Part shown: positions 1 to 10,129 of the stretch, piece after piece
Layout: each line of letters starts with the position of its first letter
How positions within the stretch are numbered: the first letter of the stretch is position 1
Assembly (NCBI GenBank): GCA_963716745.1
Contig: OY970320.1
Span: 1,120,001 to 1,184,000, forward strand
DNA: 64,000 bases
Direction: 5' to 3'
Origin: an uncultured Gemmatimonadaceae bacterium
GTDB taxonomy: Bacteria; Gemmatimonadota; Gemmatimonadetes; Gemmatimonadales; Gemmatimonadaceae
The notes under the pieces: generated by a model
What the model was told of the DNA's origin: nothing
Database searches by the model: none
Seen by the model: only the letters and a program-made list of their open reading frames with translations
Made by a program: the position numbers and the translations under genes

Positions 1-2763
1 CGCGGGACGCACCTGGAAGAAGATCGGCCTCGACTCGACTCGGCACATCTCCCGCATCGTCGTGGATCCGCGCAACCCGGACGTGCTCCTCGTCGGCGCG
101 CAGGGGAACCTCTATGCGCCGTCGAAGCAGCGGGGCGTCTACAAGTCCAGCGACGGCGGCGCCACGTGGAAGAACACGTTGTTCGTGAACGAGAGGACCG
201 GCGTCGCCGAGCTGTCCATGGATGTGCGGAACCCGCGCGTGGTGTACGCCGCGATGTGGGAGCACGGCCGGCGTCCCTGGCAGGTCACGAGTGGAGGGCC
301 GGGCAGCGGACTCTACAAGTCCGTCGACGGCGGGGACACATGGGAGAAGATGACCAACGGACTCCCCGACAAGATGGGGAAGATGGCGATCGCCGTGAGC
401 CGGTCGAACCCGAACAAGGTGTATGCGCTCATCGAGAGCGACTCCTACAGCCCGGAGCGCGGACTCTACATGTCCGCCGATGCCGGCCGGACGTGGAGCC
501 AGGTGACGAGCGAGCCGCGGCTGCTGCAGCGCGCCTGGTACTACATCAAAGCTGTTCGTCGACCCCAAGGACGAGAACCGGGTGTACGTGATGAGCTCGC
601 CCGCGCTGCGCTCGAATGACGGAGGGAAGACGTGGGAGGAGGTCCCCACCCAACACGGAGACACCCACAACCTGTGGATCAACCCGGACAACTCCGACAA
701 CTTCATCCTCTTCGATGACGGCGGCGGCGCGATCACTTTCGACCGCGGCAAGAGCTGGAGCTCGCTGGGCACGGAGCCGACCGGGCAGTTCTATCGGATC
801 AACGTCGACAATCAGTTCCCCTATCGCATCTACTCGGCGCAGCAGGACAACTCCTCGGTGGTCATCGCGAGCCAGGAGCTGGGGAACGATGGGATCACCA
901 CCGACAGCTGGACCAGTTCGGCGGGCGGAGAGAGCGCGTTCCTGGCATTCGATCCGAACGACCCGCAGTACGTGATGGGCGGCAGCTACGCGGGAACGAT
1001 CGACGTCCTCGACACGAAGGCGCACGCGGGCACGAACGTCATGCCGGCGCCGATCCAGTACCAGGCCATGGACGCGAGAGACATGAAATACCGCTACGAC
1101 TGGAACGCGCCGGTCATCTGGAGCAAGTGGGAGCCGAACACCTTCTATCACGGCGCCCAGGTCCTGCTCAAGACGAGCGACCTCGGCAAGACGTGGAAGG
1201 CGATCTCCCCCGACCTCACGCGGAATGAGAGAGACAAGCAGGGGAAGGCCGGCGTCCCGTACACCAACGAGGGCGTGGGCGCCGAGACGTATGGCGTGCT
1301 CACCTACGTGGCGGAGTCGCCGCACGAACGCGGCGTGATCTGGACGGGGAGCGTCGACGGACTGGTCTACCTGACGCGCGACGGCGGGGCCACCTGGAAG
1401 AACGTGACGCCCAAGGGGCTCGCGGAATGCCTCATCAACGCGATCGAGCTGTCACCGTTCGACAAGGCCACGGCGTACATCGCGACCACTCGGTACAAGT
1501 TCAACGATCAGTCGCCCGGGCTCTACAAGACCACCGACTACGGCCAGAGCTGGACGCGCATCGATGCGGGGATCGCGCCCAATGCCTTCACGCGCGTCGT
1601 GCGTGAGGACGACATGCGGCGGGACCTGCTCTTCGCGGGCACGGAGCTGGGGCTCTACATCTCCTGGAACGGCGGGAAGAACTGGGTTCCATTCCAGCTC
1701 AATCTGCCGATCACGCCGATCACGGACCTCAAGATCCACCGGGGGAATCTGATCGCCGTCCACGTCGGGGCGCGGGCTCTGGATCCTCGACGACCTCACG
1801 CTGATCCGGCAGTATCGCGCCGATTCCTCGGGCTTCGCGGTCTTCCGCCCGGCGAACGTCATGCTGTCGAACAGCAGCAGCGAACTGGATGAGTCGAAGG
1901 AGGAGTTCACCGGCGCGGACCTGAGCCGGGGCGTCAACCCGGCAACCGGCATCGTGCTCTATTACCGGCTGCCCAAGCTCGAGAAGACCGACGTCGTGAC
2001 ACTCGAGGTGCGCGACTCCGCGGGCAAAGTGGTGCGACGCTTCTCGTCGGTGAAGGACACGACGTTCAAGAAATGGGACGGTGGTCCGCCGGCCGAGCCG
2101 GCGCTCCCGACGGCGACGGGGCTCAACCGGTTCGTCTGGGACCTGAGGTATCCGACCGTTCCGGGAGTCCCGGGCGTCCACCTCGAGGAGAGCTATCGTG
2201 GACACAAGGCGTCGCCGGGGTCGTACCGGTTCACGTTCACGGTGGGAAGCCGGACCGCTGCGACCGACGCCGCGATCCTCGCGAACCCGCTGTATCCGAC
2301 CGATGCCGCCACGTACGCCGAGTACAATGCGTTCATGTCGGGGATGGAGCGCGAGCTCACTGTGATGAACGAGACCGTCAATCGGTTGCACGCGATGCGG
2401 GAGCGGTTGGCGGCGGTGCTCGCGGCCCTTCCGCCGGGGGACAAGTACGCCGCCATTAAGAAAGACGGAGAGGCGCTCCTCGCCAAGCTCACCGCATGGG
2501 ATGAAGACATGGTCTCTCGGCGGACCAAGGTGTACGATGACGTGGAGAACTTCCCTCAGAAATTCACCGCCAACTACATCTTCCTCATCGAGCAGACCAA
2601 GAGCGATCTGCCACGGGTGAACCAGCCATCGCGGGACCGGCGGGCGGAGCTCGACAAGGATTGGGTGGCGCTCAAGGCGCGCTCCGACGCCATGGTGAGC
2701 GAGGACATCCCGGCGCTCAACAAAAAGATGTGGGATGCCGGCATCGGGGCGATCGGGGAGTGA
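1..2763 (+). CDS. Sortilin/VPS10-like BNR-repeat (WD40/YVTN) glycosyl-hydrolase-like protein; 5'-partial, split by frameshifts near ~555 and ~1770
   Basis: ORFs 62-619, 582-1892 and 1861-2763 form one continuous protein with repeated Asp-box motifs (SxDGGxTW) and the usual C-terminal NRFVWDLRY plus helical tail. Confidence 0.85.
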
Positions 2764-2767
2764 GCGA

Positions 2768-3313
2768 ATGGCCAAGCTCGTTTTCGGCATGATGCAGTCC
2801 CTCGACGGGTACGTCGACAACGACGCGGGCGGGCTGGTGATACCGCCGCCTGGCGCTGCGCTCGGCCGTCATTTCATGGATCATGTGCGCGGCCTGGCCG
2901 GCTGCTTGTATGGCCGGCGGATCTACGAGGTCATGCGCTACTGGGACGAGGATCGACCGGAGTGGGATGCGGGCGACCACGAATTCGCAGCGGCGTGGCG
3001 GGAGAAGCCGAAGTGGGTCGTCTCGCGTACGCTGAAGACGGTAGGCGCGAACGCCGCACTCGTCGGCGAGAACCTCGACGCGTTCGTGCGCAAACTGAAG
3101 AAAGACGTCGAGGGTGAGATCGACGTTGCGGGGCCTGTGCTGGCGGCGAGCCTCACCGAGCTCGGACTCATCGACGAGTACCGTCTCTACTTCCGCCCCT
3201 TCGTGCTCGGCGCCGGCAAGCCGTACTTCGCGGGTGCGCGGCCGCCGCTCCGCATCATTTCCAGCGAGCGTGTTGGCGAGGACGCGGTTCGGGTGACGTG
3301 TGTTCCGGCCTGA
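2768..3313 (+). CDS. Dihydrofolate reductase family (RibD C-terminal domain) protein
   Basis: MAKLVFGMMQSLDGYV...YGRRIYE...GLIDEYRLYFRPFVLGAGKPYF motifs; ATG at 2768. Confidence 0.9.
   Translation: MAKLVFGMMQSLDGYVDNDAGGLVIPPPGAALGRHFMDHVRGLAGCLYGRRIYEVMRYWDEDRPEWDAGDHEFAAAWREKPKWVVSRTLKTVGANAALVGENLDAFVRKLKKDVEGEIDVAGPVLAASLTELGLIDEYRLYFRPFVLGAGKPYFAGARPPLRIISSERVGEDAVRVTCVPA
3288..3313 (+). repeat. 26-bp direct repeat, copy 1 (3' end of the DHFR-family gene)
   Basis: TTCGGGTGACGTGTGTTCCGGCCTGA; matches 6790-6815 at 25/26. Confidence 0.85.
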
Positions 3314-3343
3314 CTGGAGTAATCCTGATCGTCGTCTCCGCCT

Positions 3344-3841
3344 TCACGCTGCAGCTTTGACCAGGTCGTCGAGGCGCGTGTAGCTGTGCTCCATGCCGTC
3401 GGTCATGCCCGTGGAGACCGCGTCATCACGCGCTTCCTTCGACGCGAACATCAAGTTGCAGACGAGCGTCGTGACGCCGCCCCGCTCACCGAGTTGCAGT
3501 GACACGATGCAGGGATCGCCGGCCGGCATGGCGCCGCCGATGTCGCCCGGGTCGTAGTACTCATCGTGGACGAGCTTCGACGGGCGGTCGACTTCGGTGA
3601 ACGTGCCGACGAAGCCGAAATGCTTGCCGTCTTCGCGGTTTCTCCATTGCCACTTGTATTTGCCGCCGACGCGGACATCCATGTCGCACACCGGCATGTC
3701 CCAGCCATCATAGCCGAGCCATTTCCGCATGAGTTCGGGCTTGGTATGCGCATCCCACACTAATTTGCGGGGCGCATTGAACGTGCGTGTGACGCGGACT
3801 TCACGATCGCTCGGCGACGTGACTTCTGCGGGCTTGGGCAT
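3344..3841 (-). CDS. SRPBCC/AHSA1 family protein
   Basis: VTRTFNAPRKLVWDAHTKPELMRKW...DVRVGGKYKW motif; follows an ArsR gene. Confidence 0.9.
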   Translation of the reverse strand: MPKPAEVTSPSDREVRVTRTFNAPRKLVWDAHTKPELMRKWLGYDGWDMPVCDMDVRVGGKYKWQWRNREDGKHFGFVGTFTEVDRPSKLVHDEYYDPGDIGGAMPAGDPCIVSLQLGERGGVTTLVCNLMFASKEARDDAVSTGMTDGMEHSYTRLDDLVKAAA

Positions 3842-3850
3842 GGTCTTCTC

Positions 3851-4207
3851 CTATTTTCTTGTTCGTTTCCGCTTGGACCGTTTCGCTTGCAGCTCTCCGA
3901 GCAGCGCATCGAGACGCTGGTAGTTCTGTTCGAAGATCTCGCGGTACCGCTCGATCCAAGCCACGGCTTCCTTCAATCGCTTCGGTTCCAGTTTGCGCGG
4001 GCGCCGTTGCGCATCGACGTCCATCGAGATGAGGCCGGCGCGCTCGAGCACTCTCAGATGTTTGGAAATGGCCGGCTGGCTCATCGCGAACGGATCGGCG
4101 AGCTCCGTCACGGTGGCCTCCCCCGTCGCCAGCCGCGCCAGGAGGGCGCGGCGGGTGGGGTCAGCCAGGGCGGCGAAGGTCAGGTCGAGACGTCCTGAGG
4201 TTTCCAT
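3851..4207 (-). CDS. ArsR/SmtB family transcriptional regulator
   Basis: FAALADPTRRALLARL...SQPAISKHLRVLERAGLI wHTH signature. Confidence 0.93.
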   Translation of the reverse strand: METSGRLDLTFAALADPTRRALLARLATGEATVTELADPFAMSQPAISKHLRVLERAGLISMDVDAQRRPRKLEPKRLKEAVAWIERYREIFEQNYQRLDALLGELQAKRSKRKRTRK

Positions 4208-4221
4208 AACCGTTTAGTTCC

Positions 4222-4237
4222 ATAACATGTTGGTTAT
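4222..4237. promoter_or_regulatory. Putative ArsR autoregulatory operator palindrome
   Basis: ATAAC-N6-GTTAT in an AT-rich patch just upstream of the arsR start; TTGACG on the minus strand at 4262-4267. Confidence 0.5.
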
Positions 4238-4391
4238 ATATATACAAGAATAAGACAGGCCCGTCAAGGCCTCTGGGGTCATATTTCCAGCGTCTCATCG
4301 CGCCAAGTAGCGAGACGTCGCTCTTGCGTCATGCGGCCTCGACCGCCAGCGTGGGAGATCCTCGAATGCACCGGAACGTAAGAGAGGCCAG

Positions 4392-5639
4392 GTGAACAGC
4401 GTGCCCAGTCGAACGCCGCGGCGATGGTTCGTGATCGCGCTCAGGATCGTGATCGTGGCATCGATATTCGTATTGTGGGCGTCAAACTCGCCGGTCAGGC
4501 AGTGGTTCCACGCGAAGTTCTCCACGGCCAAGGTCACCGACGACGCCGCCGTCGTACCGCCCGATTATGTGGACCAGCTGAGTGAGTACCTGGACGCGCT
4601 CGAGTACGAGTCCGGCGTTGATGTCCGGGTCAGTATCGTTCGCAGTACGCACGGGCAGCCGCTGCGCGCGTTCGCCTTGGACGTGATGCGGCAGCAAGGC
4701 ATCGGGAAGGAGGTCGGAGGCCGCGGTCTGCTCATCGTGATCGACGACTCCACGAAGGAGTCGCGCATCGAAGTCGGGCCTCACCTCGAGGGAATATTCC
4801 CCGACGGCTTCGTCGGATATCTGCTGCGTGAACAGTTGGGGCCGGTCTTCAACTCCGAGGGCCGAGGACGCTACGCGGGTCCCGGGCATGCGATCTATTC
4901 GACGCTGCTCATGATCCACCATCGGATCCGACAGGCGCGGCTCGGCAAGGAGTGGGACCCCCGCACGCTCCAGTACATCGAGGAGATGCGAAGTCTCGCA
5001 CGCGGCGGCGGCGCATCGGCGGCCATCCCGCATCAAGCGCAGCTGCGTCGGATCGCAAATGCGGCGACAGACTCGGCGATCGCTGCCTATTTCGGCCCGC
5101 AGCCGAGTGTGGAGGAGGTCTATCAACGGTATATGGAGTACTTGGCGCTCGGCCTTGCGCCGCGGTGGGTGCCGCTGTTCCTGCCAACCTCGCGCGACCT
5201 TCTGAGGGAGACCGAGCCCGACACCCGCGCCGACAATGACTATCTGCTCATGGCGTACTACGGCTACCGCCATGAGATCGACGAGCGGGGAGATTATGCG
5301 ATGCTGTACTACACCGATACGCCGTTCGAGTCGCCGCAGTTCTTCCGGCGAGGCGCCGATGGCTGGCAGATGGACCTCGTCGCCGAGATCCGGAATAGTC
5401 AGGAGATCATCGGGACCTTGTACACGTGGCGCATGCGCGTCGGCAGGGATCGATCCGCCGCCGTCTTCGCGGACCGCTTTGAGAAGATCGACGGCACGAA
5501 CGTCCCCGAGCTACTGCGCATTCGCGGGGGCGATAATCGGCCGCTGTGCATCTTCGGCGACCCGAAGAAGCCGGCCGAGCAAAGAGCGCTCGCAGCGAGC
5601 TGCCTCGCGGATTCGCTGAGGTACGGGAGTGGGAGGTAG
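4392..5639 (+). CDS. TPM domain-containing membrane-anchored protein
   Basis: N-terminal TM, then GIGK...GLLIVID...RIEVGPHLEGIFPDG TPM motif; C-terminal region not recognised. Confidence 0.75.
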   Translation: MNSVPSRTPRRWFVIALRIVIVASIFVLWASNSPVRQWFHAKFSTAKVTDDAAVVPPDYVDQLSEYLDALEYESGVDVRVSIVRSTHGQPLRAFALDVMRQQGIGKEVGGRGLLIVIDDSTKESRIEVGPHLEGIFPDGFVGYLLREQLGPVFNSEGRGRYAGPGHAIYSTLLMIHHRIRQARLGKEWDPRTLQYIEEMRSLARGGGASAAIPHQAQLRRIANAATDSAIAAYFGPQPSVEEVYQRYMEYLALGLAPRWVPLFLPTSRDLLRETEPDTRADNDYLLMAYYGYRHEIDERGDYAMLYYTDTPFESPQFFRRGADGWQMDLVAEIRNSQEIIGTLYTWRMRVGRDRSAAVFADRFEKIDGTNVPELLRIRGGDNRPLCIFGDPKKPAEQRALAASCLADSLRYGSGR

Positions 5640-5668
5640 CTGCGCATCAACCTGCCGGCGAAGTCGCT

Positions 5669-6112
5669 CTACGGTATGTCCTCGAGCTCCACGTCGAGCG
5701 CATCGATCTCGATCGTCAGGCTATATCCAGGCGGAGCACCGCAAGTGCGCGACCACCCCGCGAAGAGATGCAGCCGCCCCTGCCCGACCTCGTAGAGCGA
5801 GAACGCGCCGCCCACCTCGGCATCGTCGGACAATTCGTCCTGCACGCGCCACGAACGGACCGAGCGGATGGTGAGCTTGCTCGGCACCACATGTGGCTCA
5901 TTCGCGTAGCGCGTGAGTCGAATCCCGAGAAAATCAACGACGTGGTGTGCGGCCGGCCGTCGCACCAACACCGTGATCTCTCCCGGCGCCGTGCGAACGT
6001 CCGACTTCCGAACGCCGAGGGTCCAAGTCATCTCCGCGAACCGCTCGTGATCCCGGCGTGTGCTCGCGGCGGTCAGCCGTTCGCGCAAGGGAATCGGGTA
6101 AGGGACGAGCAT
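5669..6112 (-). CDS. Hypothetical protein (paralog A)
   Basis: 147-aa ORF, collinear with 6347-6785 (RKSDV, GE.V..RRPAA, VVPSKLT.RSV.S, SLY.V..G.L.L, ID.LDVELEDI). Confidence 0.7.
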   Translation of the reverse strand: MLVPYPIPLRERLTAASTRRDHERFAEMTWTLGVRKSDVRTAPGEITVLVRRPAAHHVVDFLGIRLTRYANEPHVVPSKLTIRSVRSWRVQDELSDDAEVGGAFSLYEVGQGRLHLFAGWSRTCGAPPGYSLTIEIDALDVELEDIP

Positions 6113-6346
6113 GAGTGGTGATCACCTATGCAAGAAGCAAGAGACACGATTGCAATTCCCCATGCCGTCCGCGGCCCGCGTGGTGACAGATCGGCATGGT
6201 TCGCAGATACCCGGGTCATTCTCCTCAGAGTCTGACCCGGAGTACCTCGCGGGAGTAACTTCTCCGTGATGCTCGCGCTGGGATCGAGGCAGCCCACAGT
6301 AGGTCAATGCGCGAGCCATTCTTGCTTGACTAGGTGAGGAGCCGTC

Positions 6347-6785
6347 ATGCGCATCCCCTGGCCGACCCCGCTTCATGAGCAGTTGCGCCACTCGAGCACA
6401 CGCGCGGAGCGCGAGCGGTTCCAAAGCCTTGTCGAGACCATCAGTTTTCGGAAGTCGGACGTCCACATTGCACGGGGAGAGCTCTCTGTCATGATCCGCC
6501 GTCCGGCCGCGCAGCGCTTCATTGGATGCCTTGGCATTCCCTCTCATAGCAATAGGCGGTGTGGAACCGCGTGTCGTGCCAAGCAAGCTCACCGTTCGCT
6601 CTGTGCACTCATCGCGGATCGAGCATGACGAACACCCGGGAGATGAAATCGACATAGGCGCGCTGTCGCTCTATCAAGTGGACAAGGGACTCCTGTATCT
6701 CGGAGAACGCCACGAAGCGGGCGAGCGATATGATCTTGAGATACACATTGACTCTCTCGACGTCGAGCTCGAGGATATCGCATAG
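6347..6785 (+). CDS. Hypothetical protein (paralog B), frameshift near 6540
   Basis: ORFs 6347-6628 and 6522-6785 join into a full-length homolog of 5669-6112; GAGGAG RBS upstream. Confidence 0.7.
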
Positions 6786-6789
6786 CGCT

Positions 6790-6815
6790 TTCGGGTGACG
6801 TGTGTTCCGGCGTGA
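6790..6815 (+). repeat. 26-bp direct repeat, copy 2 (displaced DHFR-gene 3' end)
   Basis: TTCGGGTGACGTGTGTTCCGGCGTGA. Confidence 0.85.
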
Positions 6816-6907
6816 GCACGGTATTCCGCTCGCGTGCTGAGGCTTGCGTTCGATACTATCCGGTGGCAACTAGACAATCGGCAGGCCCATCTTTTCGAGA
6901 GTACCGA

Positions 6908-7060
6908 ATGAGCCAACCTCTTCGACTGGCGATAGGTGTTCTCGGAATAGGATATTTCGCGGTGTCCGCCGTGTTCGGTCATGACCTCGCCGGCAATCTT
7001 GCGGGCCTCCTTATCTGTACCGTACTACTTGCGGCGCTCTGGTGGCGTCGCTCTGCCTAA
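6908..7060 (+). CDS. Small two-TM hypothetical protein (50 aa)
   Basis: MSQPLRLAIGVLGIGYFAVSAVFGHDLAGNLAGLLICTVLLAALWWRRSA; two hydrophobic stretches and a basic tail. Confidence 0.5.
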   Translation: MSQPLRLAIGVLGIGYFAVSAVFGHDLAGNLAGLLICTVLLAALWWRRSA

Positions 7061-7121
7061 GCGCGGTTGCAGTCGATGGGTGAACTCTGGAGTGCCCTGT
7101 TCGCTCGCACTTCGGAGAACG

Positions 7122-7192
7122 AAACGCCCCGCCTCGACGGTCAAGTCGAAGCGGGGCGTGATCTTGATCGGTATGGGCCTGCGAGGAATTGA
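7122..7192 (-). repeat. tRNA-Ile 3'-end fragment (19 nt, 7174-7192) plus terminator hairpin; att-like copy 3
   Basis: TGGGCCTGCGAGGAATTGA matches the tRNA 3' end with 1 mismatch; CGCCCCGC...GCGGGGCG hairpin; near identical to 9930-10000. Confidence 0.85.
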
Positions 7193-7204
7193 GCACTCTC
7201 GCGA

Positions 7205-8430
7205 TCACTCGCACGGCTCGACCCGGTACCACGGCATGCCGAGTGCACCTGGATGCAGCTTCACGCAGATCGCGGCCCCGCGTGCCGCTGCGTCGTACAC
7301 CCTACGAGACACGATGACGATTTCCCACTCAGTTCGTGGTCCCCACGGTGCGAGATCGACGTAGTACGTCGTCCCATTACGTCCGGAAGAGGTGTGCGCG
7401 TCTCGCGCCTGCGGGCGGAACACCTGTGGCGCTGCACCGTCGAATACTCTGTCGCACACAGCGATCGCTCCGTAGCCGTATGCCAACGAGACGACGAAGA
7501 GCAACGCAACGTTGGCGGCGCTCGCGCGCGGCTTCCTCTCGACACGGACGGCTGTCGCCACCAACACCATCGAGACCAGCGCGGCCGGCACGAACGCCAT
7601 TCGCGAGTCCACGAGGGGGACGCTGCCCAGCGCCAGCCAACAGAGCGCCAAGCCCGGCATCAGCATGACCAGCGAAAGGTTTACGCGCGCATCGTTCTTG
7701 TCATCATGCAGCCGAAACAGCCCGTCCCAGTGGTTGACGATCAAGATCCCCAGCCACGGCAGCGCCAACGGCAGTGCGGCAGCGAGCCAGAGCGGCGTCG
7801 GAAGCAAGAGGAGCACGATCGTCGCCATGCCAGCGACGTACGCTCCGGCCTTGACCCGATTGCGGACCGTCTGCAGAGAATCGACTCGAGCCTCCCGCGT
7901 GGTGCCGAGCGCGGGATCGGAGATGATGGCCTCCTGCGAGGCCCGAGCATCTCGAGGCATCGAGGTCGGTGAGTCCGCTCATCCAAGCCTGGAAGGCGTC
8001 GTCCGTTTCGATGGCCCCGTCGATGCGCAGTGATTTCAAACTGGTGAACCGCGGCACCAGTTCGAGTATCGGCTTCGCATCTCCGATGCCCGTCTTGATC
8101 GAGCGCATCCCTAGGATGTCGGCTCGGCGGAGAGTGCGGGTTCCGGAGAGCGTGCCCGTGACCGTGATCGAGTCGGCAGAGAGCACTACCCCCGTACGCA
8201 AGACGCCGGCGATCAGGTAGATCCCGAGACCGCCGGCGAGTGCGATCAGAACCTCACCAAGCGCGAGAGCCGCGCCCGGCGTCATGCCAAAGGGGGCGCT
8301 TCCACCCGATGCGACCACGTAGGTGGGGATCACCAACAGCAGGATGGCGCCGACCCAACTGAGCCGCCTTGCAGAGCCGGCGAGGCGGTACGTGCGCGGA
8401 TATAGCTGCGGCTCTATCGCCAACGGCGGA
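7205..8430 (-). CDS. Multi-pass membrane hypothetical protein, frameshift near ~7955; start uncertain
   Basis: Hydrophobic part of ORF 7704-8837 (YPRTYRL...AFQAWMSGL) continues into the multi-TM ORF 7205-7960. Confidence 0.55.
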
Positions 8431-8593
8431 TCCTCCGGAGAGGCGCTCTGGGCAGGCTGTGATCCACGCTTGATCTTACCGCGAGCTCGCGCGCGAGTCG
8501 AGTTGGTGAGCGCCAGGGTGCTGCAGTCGGTGAGTACAGCGCCCTTGATGCACGAAGCCTCGCGCAAGAGCTGTGCTCGCGCATCGAGTTCGG

Positions 8594-8665
8594 ATAGAGC
8601 GCATCGCGCGTTCTGTTCGGGACTCGGACTTGCGAAACGGCAGGAGTCCGGGTCGAACTTACACC
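8594..8665. repeat. Diverged copy of the element-end sequence at 10067-10138
   Basis: ATAGAGCG..TCGCGCG.TCTG...CGGCAGGA..CCGGGTCGAACTTACACC is shared by both loci. Confidence 0.7.
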
Positions 8666-8719
8666 GCAGCGTATATCGCGGCGCATTCGACGACTGGCAG
8701 TTAGTGTCGCACGCGTGAG

Positions 8720-9355
8720 CTATCGCTCGGTACCGCTGGAGGAGTCTGGTGTTCTCAGTTGTTCGGCGGGCCGCATCGACGGAGGCAGGAGCAGCGCATC
8801 CGGCGAAAAGGAGAACGAGAAAAGCGCCCGGCGCCAACCCTCTTCTCGAATTCCGTCACGTGTGCGCATGAACAGGAAGAGCAGCCCTCCAAAGAAGATA
8901 GCGACGTCAGCGAGATTGAAGATCCCAAATCGATATCCAAGGACACGCAGAACGATGAAGTCCGTCACGGTGCCACGGAGGATGAGATCCAGCAGATTGG
9001 CGATGCCACCTCCGACCATGATCGACAACGCCATCGCGTAGTGGCGAGCAGCGGACCGCGTTCGCGCAATCATCCAGAGGACCACCGCGATCCCGATGAT
9101 TGTGATCGTGAGCGAGACGGGCATGGGTATGACGTGACCATTGATCCTCACGAAGCCGGAGTTGTAGACCAGTACGAACCGCAGCGTCGTCTCTGGCACC
9201 GGACGAGTGGCGCCGACTGGAAGCAGACCGCGCGCCAACCATTTTGACACGGCATCGACCGCGACGGTCGAAGCGATCAGCCCCGGCACGAACAGCCGCA
9301 ACCTGGACGGGCGAGCGTGGATCGTCGCGCGGCGCCGCGCACTGGCTTCTCCCAT
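8720..9355 (-). CDS. lspA: Signal peptidase II (lipoprotein signal peptidase)-like protein
   Basis: D..SK, YNSG, GGGIANLLD...GTVTDFI and FNLADVAI motifs; both catalytic Asp present. Confidence 0.8.
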   Translation of the reverse strand: MGEASARRRATIHARPSRLRLFVPGLIASTVAVDAVSKWLARGLLPVGATRPVPETTLRFVLVYNSGFVRINGHVIPMPVSLTITIIGIAVVLWMIARTRSAARHYAMALSIMVGGGIANLLDLILRGTVTDFIVLRVLGYRFGIFNLADVAIFFGGLLFLFMRTRDGIREEGWRRALFSFSFSPDALLLPPSMRPAEQLRTPDSSSGTER

Positions 9356-9529
9356 TGGTCGCCTGCGTCCGAGGACAGAACAGCTTGTCGGTCGATCCTA
9401 AGCACGTGAGCGCATCGTAGCGACGCGTCGCTACACGCGAATCCAGCAACGGCACTGATGGGCTATCTGGACAAGAATCGACGAACTAACATGAGGAACT
9501 TAGACCATTGTCCGAAATCAGCGGATGGG

Positions 9530-9613
9530 AAACGCCCCGCGTCGACGGTCAGGTCGAAACGGGGCGAGCACATTCACCGATATGGGCCTGCGAGGAGTTG
9601 AACCTCGGACCTC
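9530..9613 (-). repeat. tRNA-Ile 3'-end fragment (31 nt, 9583-9613) plus terminator hairpin; att-like copy 2
   Basis: TGGGCCTGCGAGGAGTTGAACCTCGGACCTC is identical to 17260-17290; adjacent CGCCCCG...CGGGGCG hairpin. Confidence 0.9.
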
Positions 9614-9686
9614 GGTCTTCCTTGCGACCGTGCTCGGAGCGCCGCATTATCCGAGTTAGGCAGACACCGCGCACACGGGTGAGACA

Positions 9687-9851
9687 ATGGTAAAGAATGG
9701 ACGGCTGTGGTTGGCATATCTGGTAGCCGCGGCATTCCTGGCGGTTGCCGCATTTGATCTTTCGTCTGGGCATCGCATGCGTGCCGTGGGCATTCTCTCA
9801 TTCGGCGGAATCTTTTTCTCCCTGGCGTTGCGCGGCCGAACATCGGTGTAA
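9687..9851 (+). CDS. Small two-TM hypothetical protein (54 aa), missing from the ORF track
   Basis: Manual translation: MVKNGRLWLAYLVAAAFLAVAAFDLSSGHRMRAVGILSFGGIFFSLALRGRTSV*. Confidence 0.5.
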   Translation: MVKNGRLWLAYLVAAAFLAVAAFDLSSGHRMRAVGILSFGGIFFSLALRGRTSV

Positions 9852-9929
9852 CTGCCGTTGGAGCCCATGGATGAGCGGCCCGTAGCAGGCTAAGACCTGA
9901 GCGACGCCGCGGCTCGCTACCCCCAAACC

Positions 9930-10025
9930 AAACGCCCCGCCTCGACGGTCAAGTCGAAGCGGGGCGTGATCTTGATCGGTATGGGCCAGCGAGGAGTTGA
10001 ACCTCGGACCTCACGCTTATCAGGC
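9930..10025 (-). repeat. tRNA-Ile 3'-half fragment (44 nt, 9982-10025) plus terminator hairpin; att-like copy 1
   Basis: 43/44 match to 17260-17303, extending through the anticodon loop. Confidence 0.92.
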
Positions 10026-10129
10026 CATACTATAGTAGGCCGAAGTCCGGCACGATGCCGTGTTTCATAGAGCGGCTCGCGCGATCTGCCTGGACTTCGG
10101 ACCCGAGATACGGCAGGATGCCGGGTCGA

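Noticed and set aside
7122..10025. Repeats resembling a CRISPR array
   Set aside because: Spacing is irregular (0.3-7 kb), the repeat is a tRNA 3' end plus terminator, and there are no cas genes.
9982..10025. Second tRNA gene
   Set aside because: It lacks the 5' acceptor strand and D-arm, so it is only a fragment.
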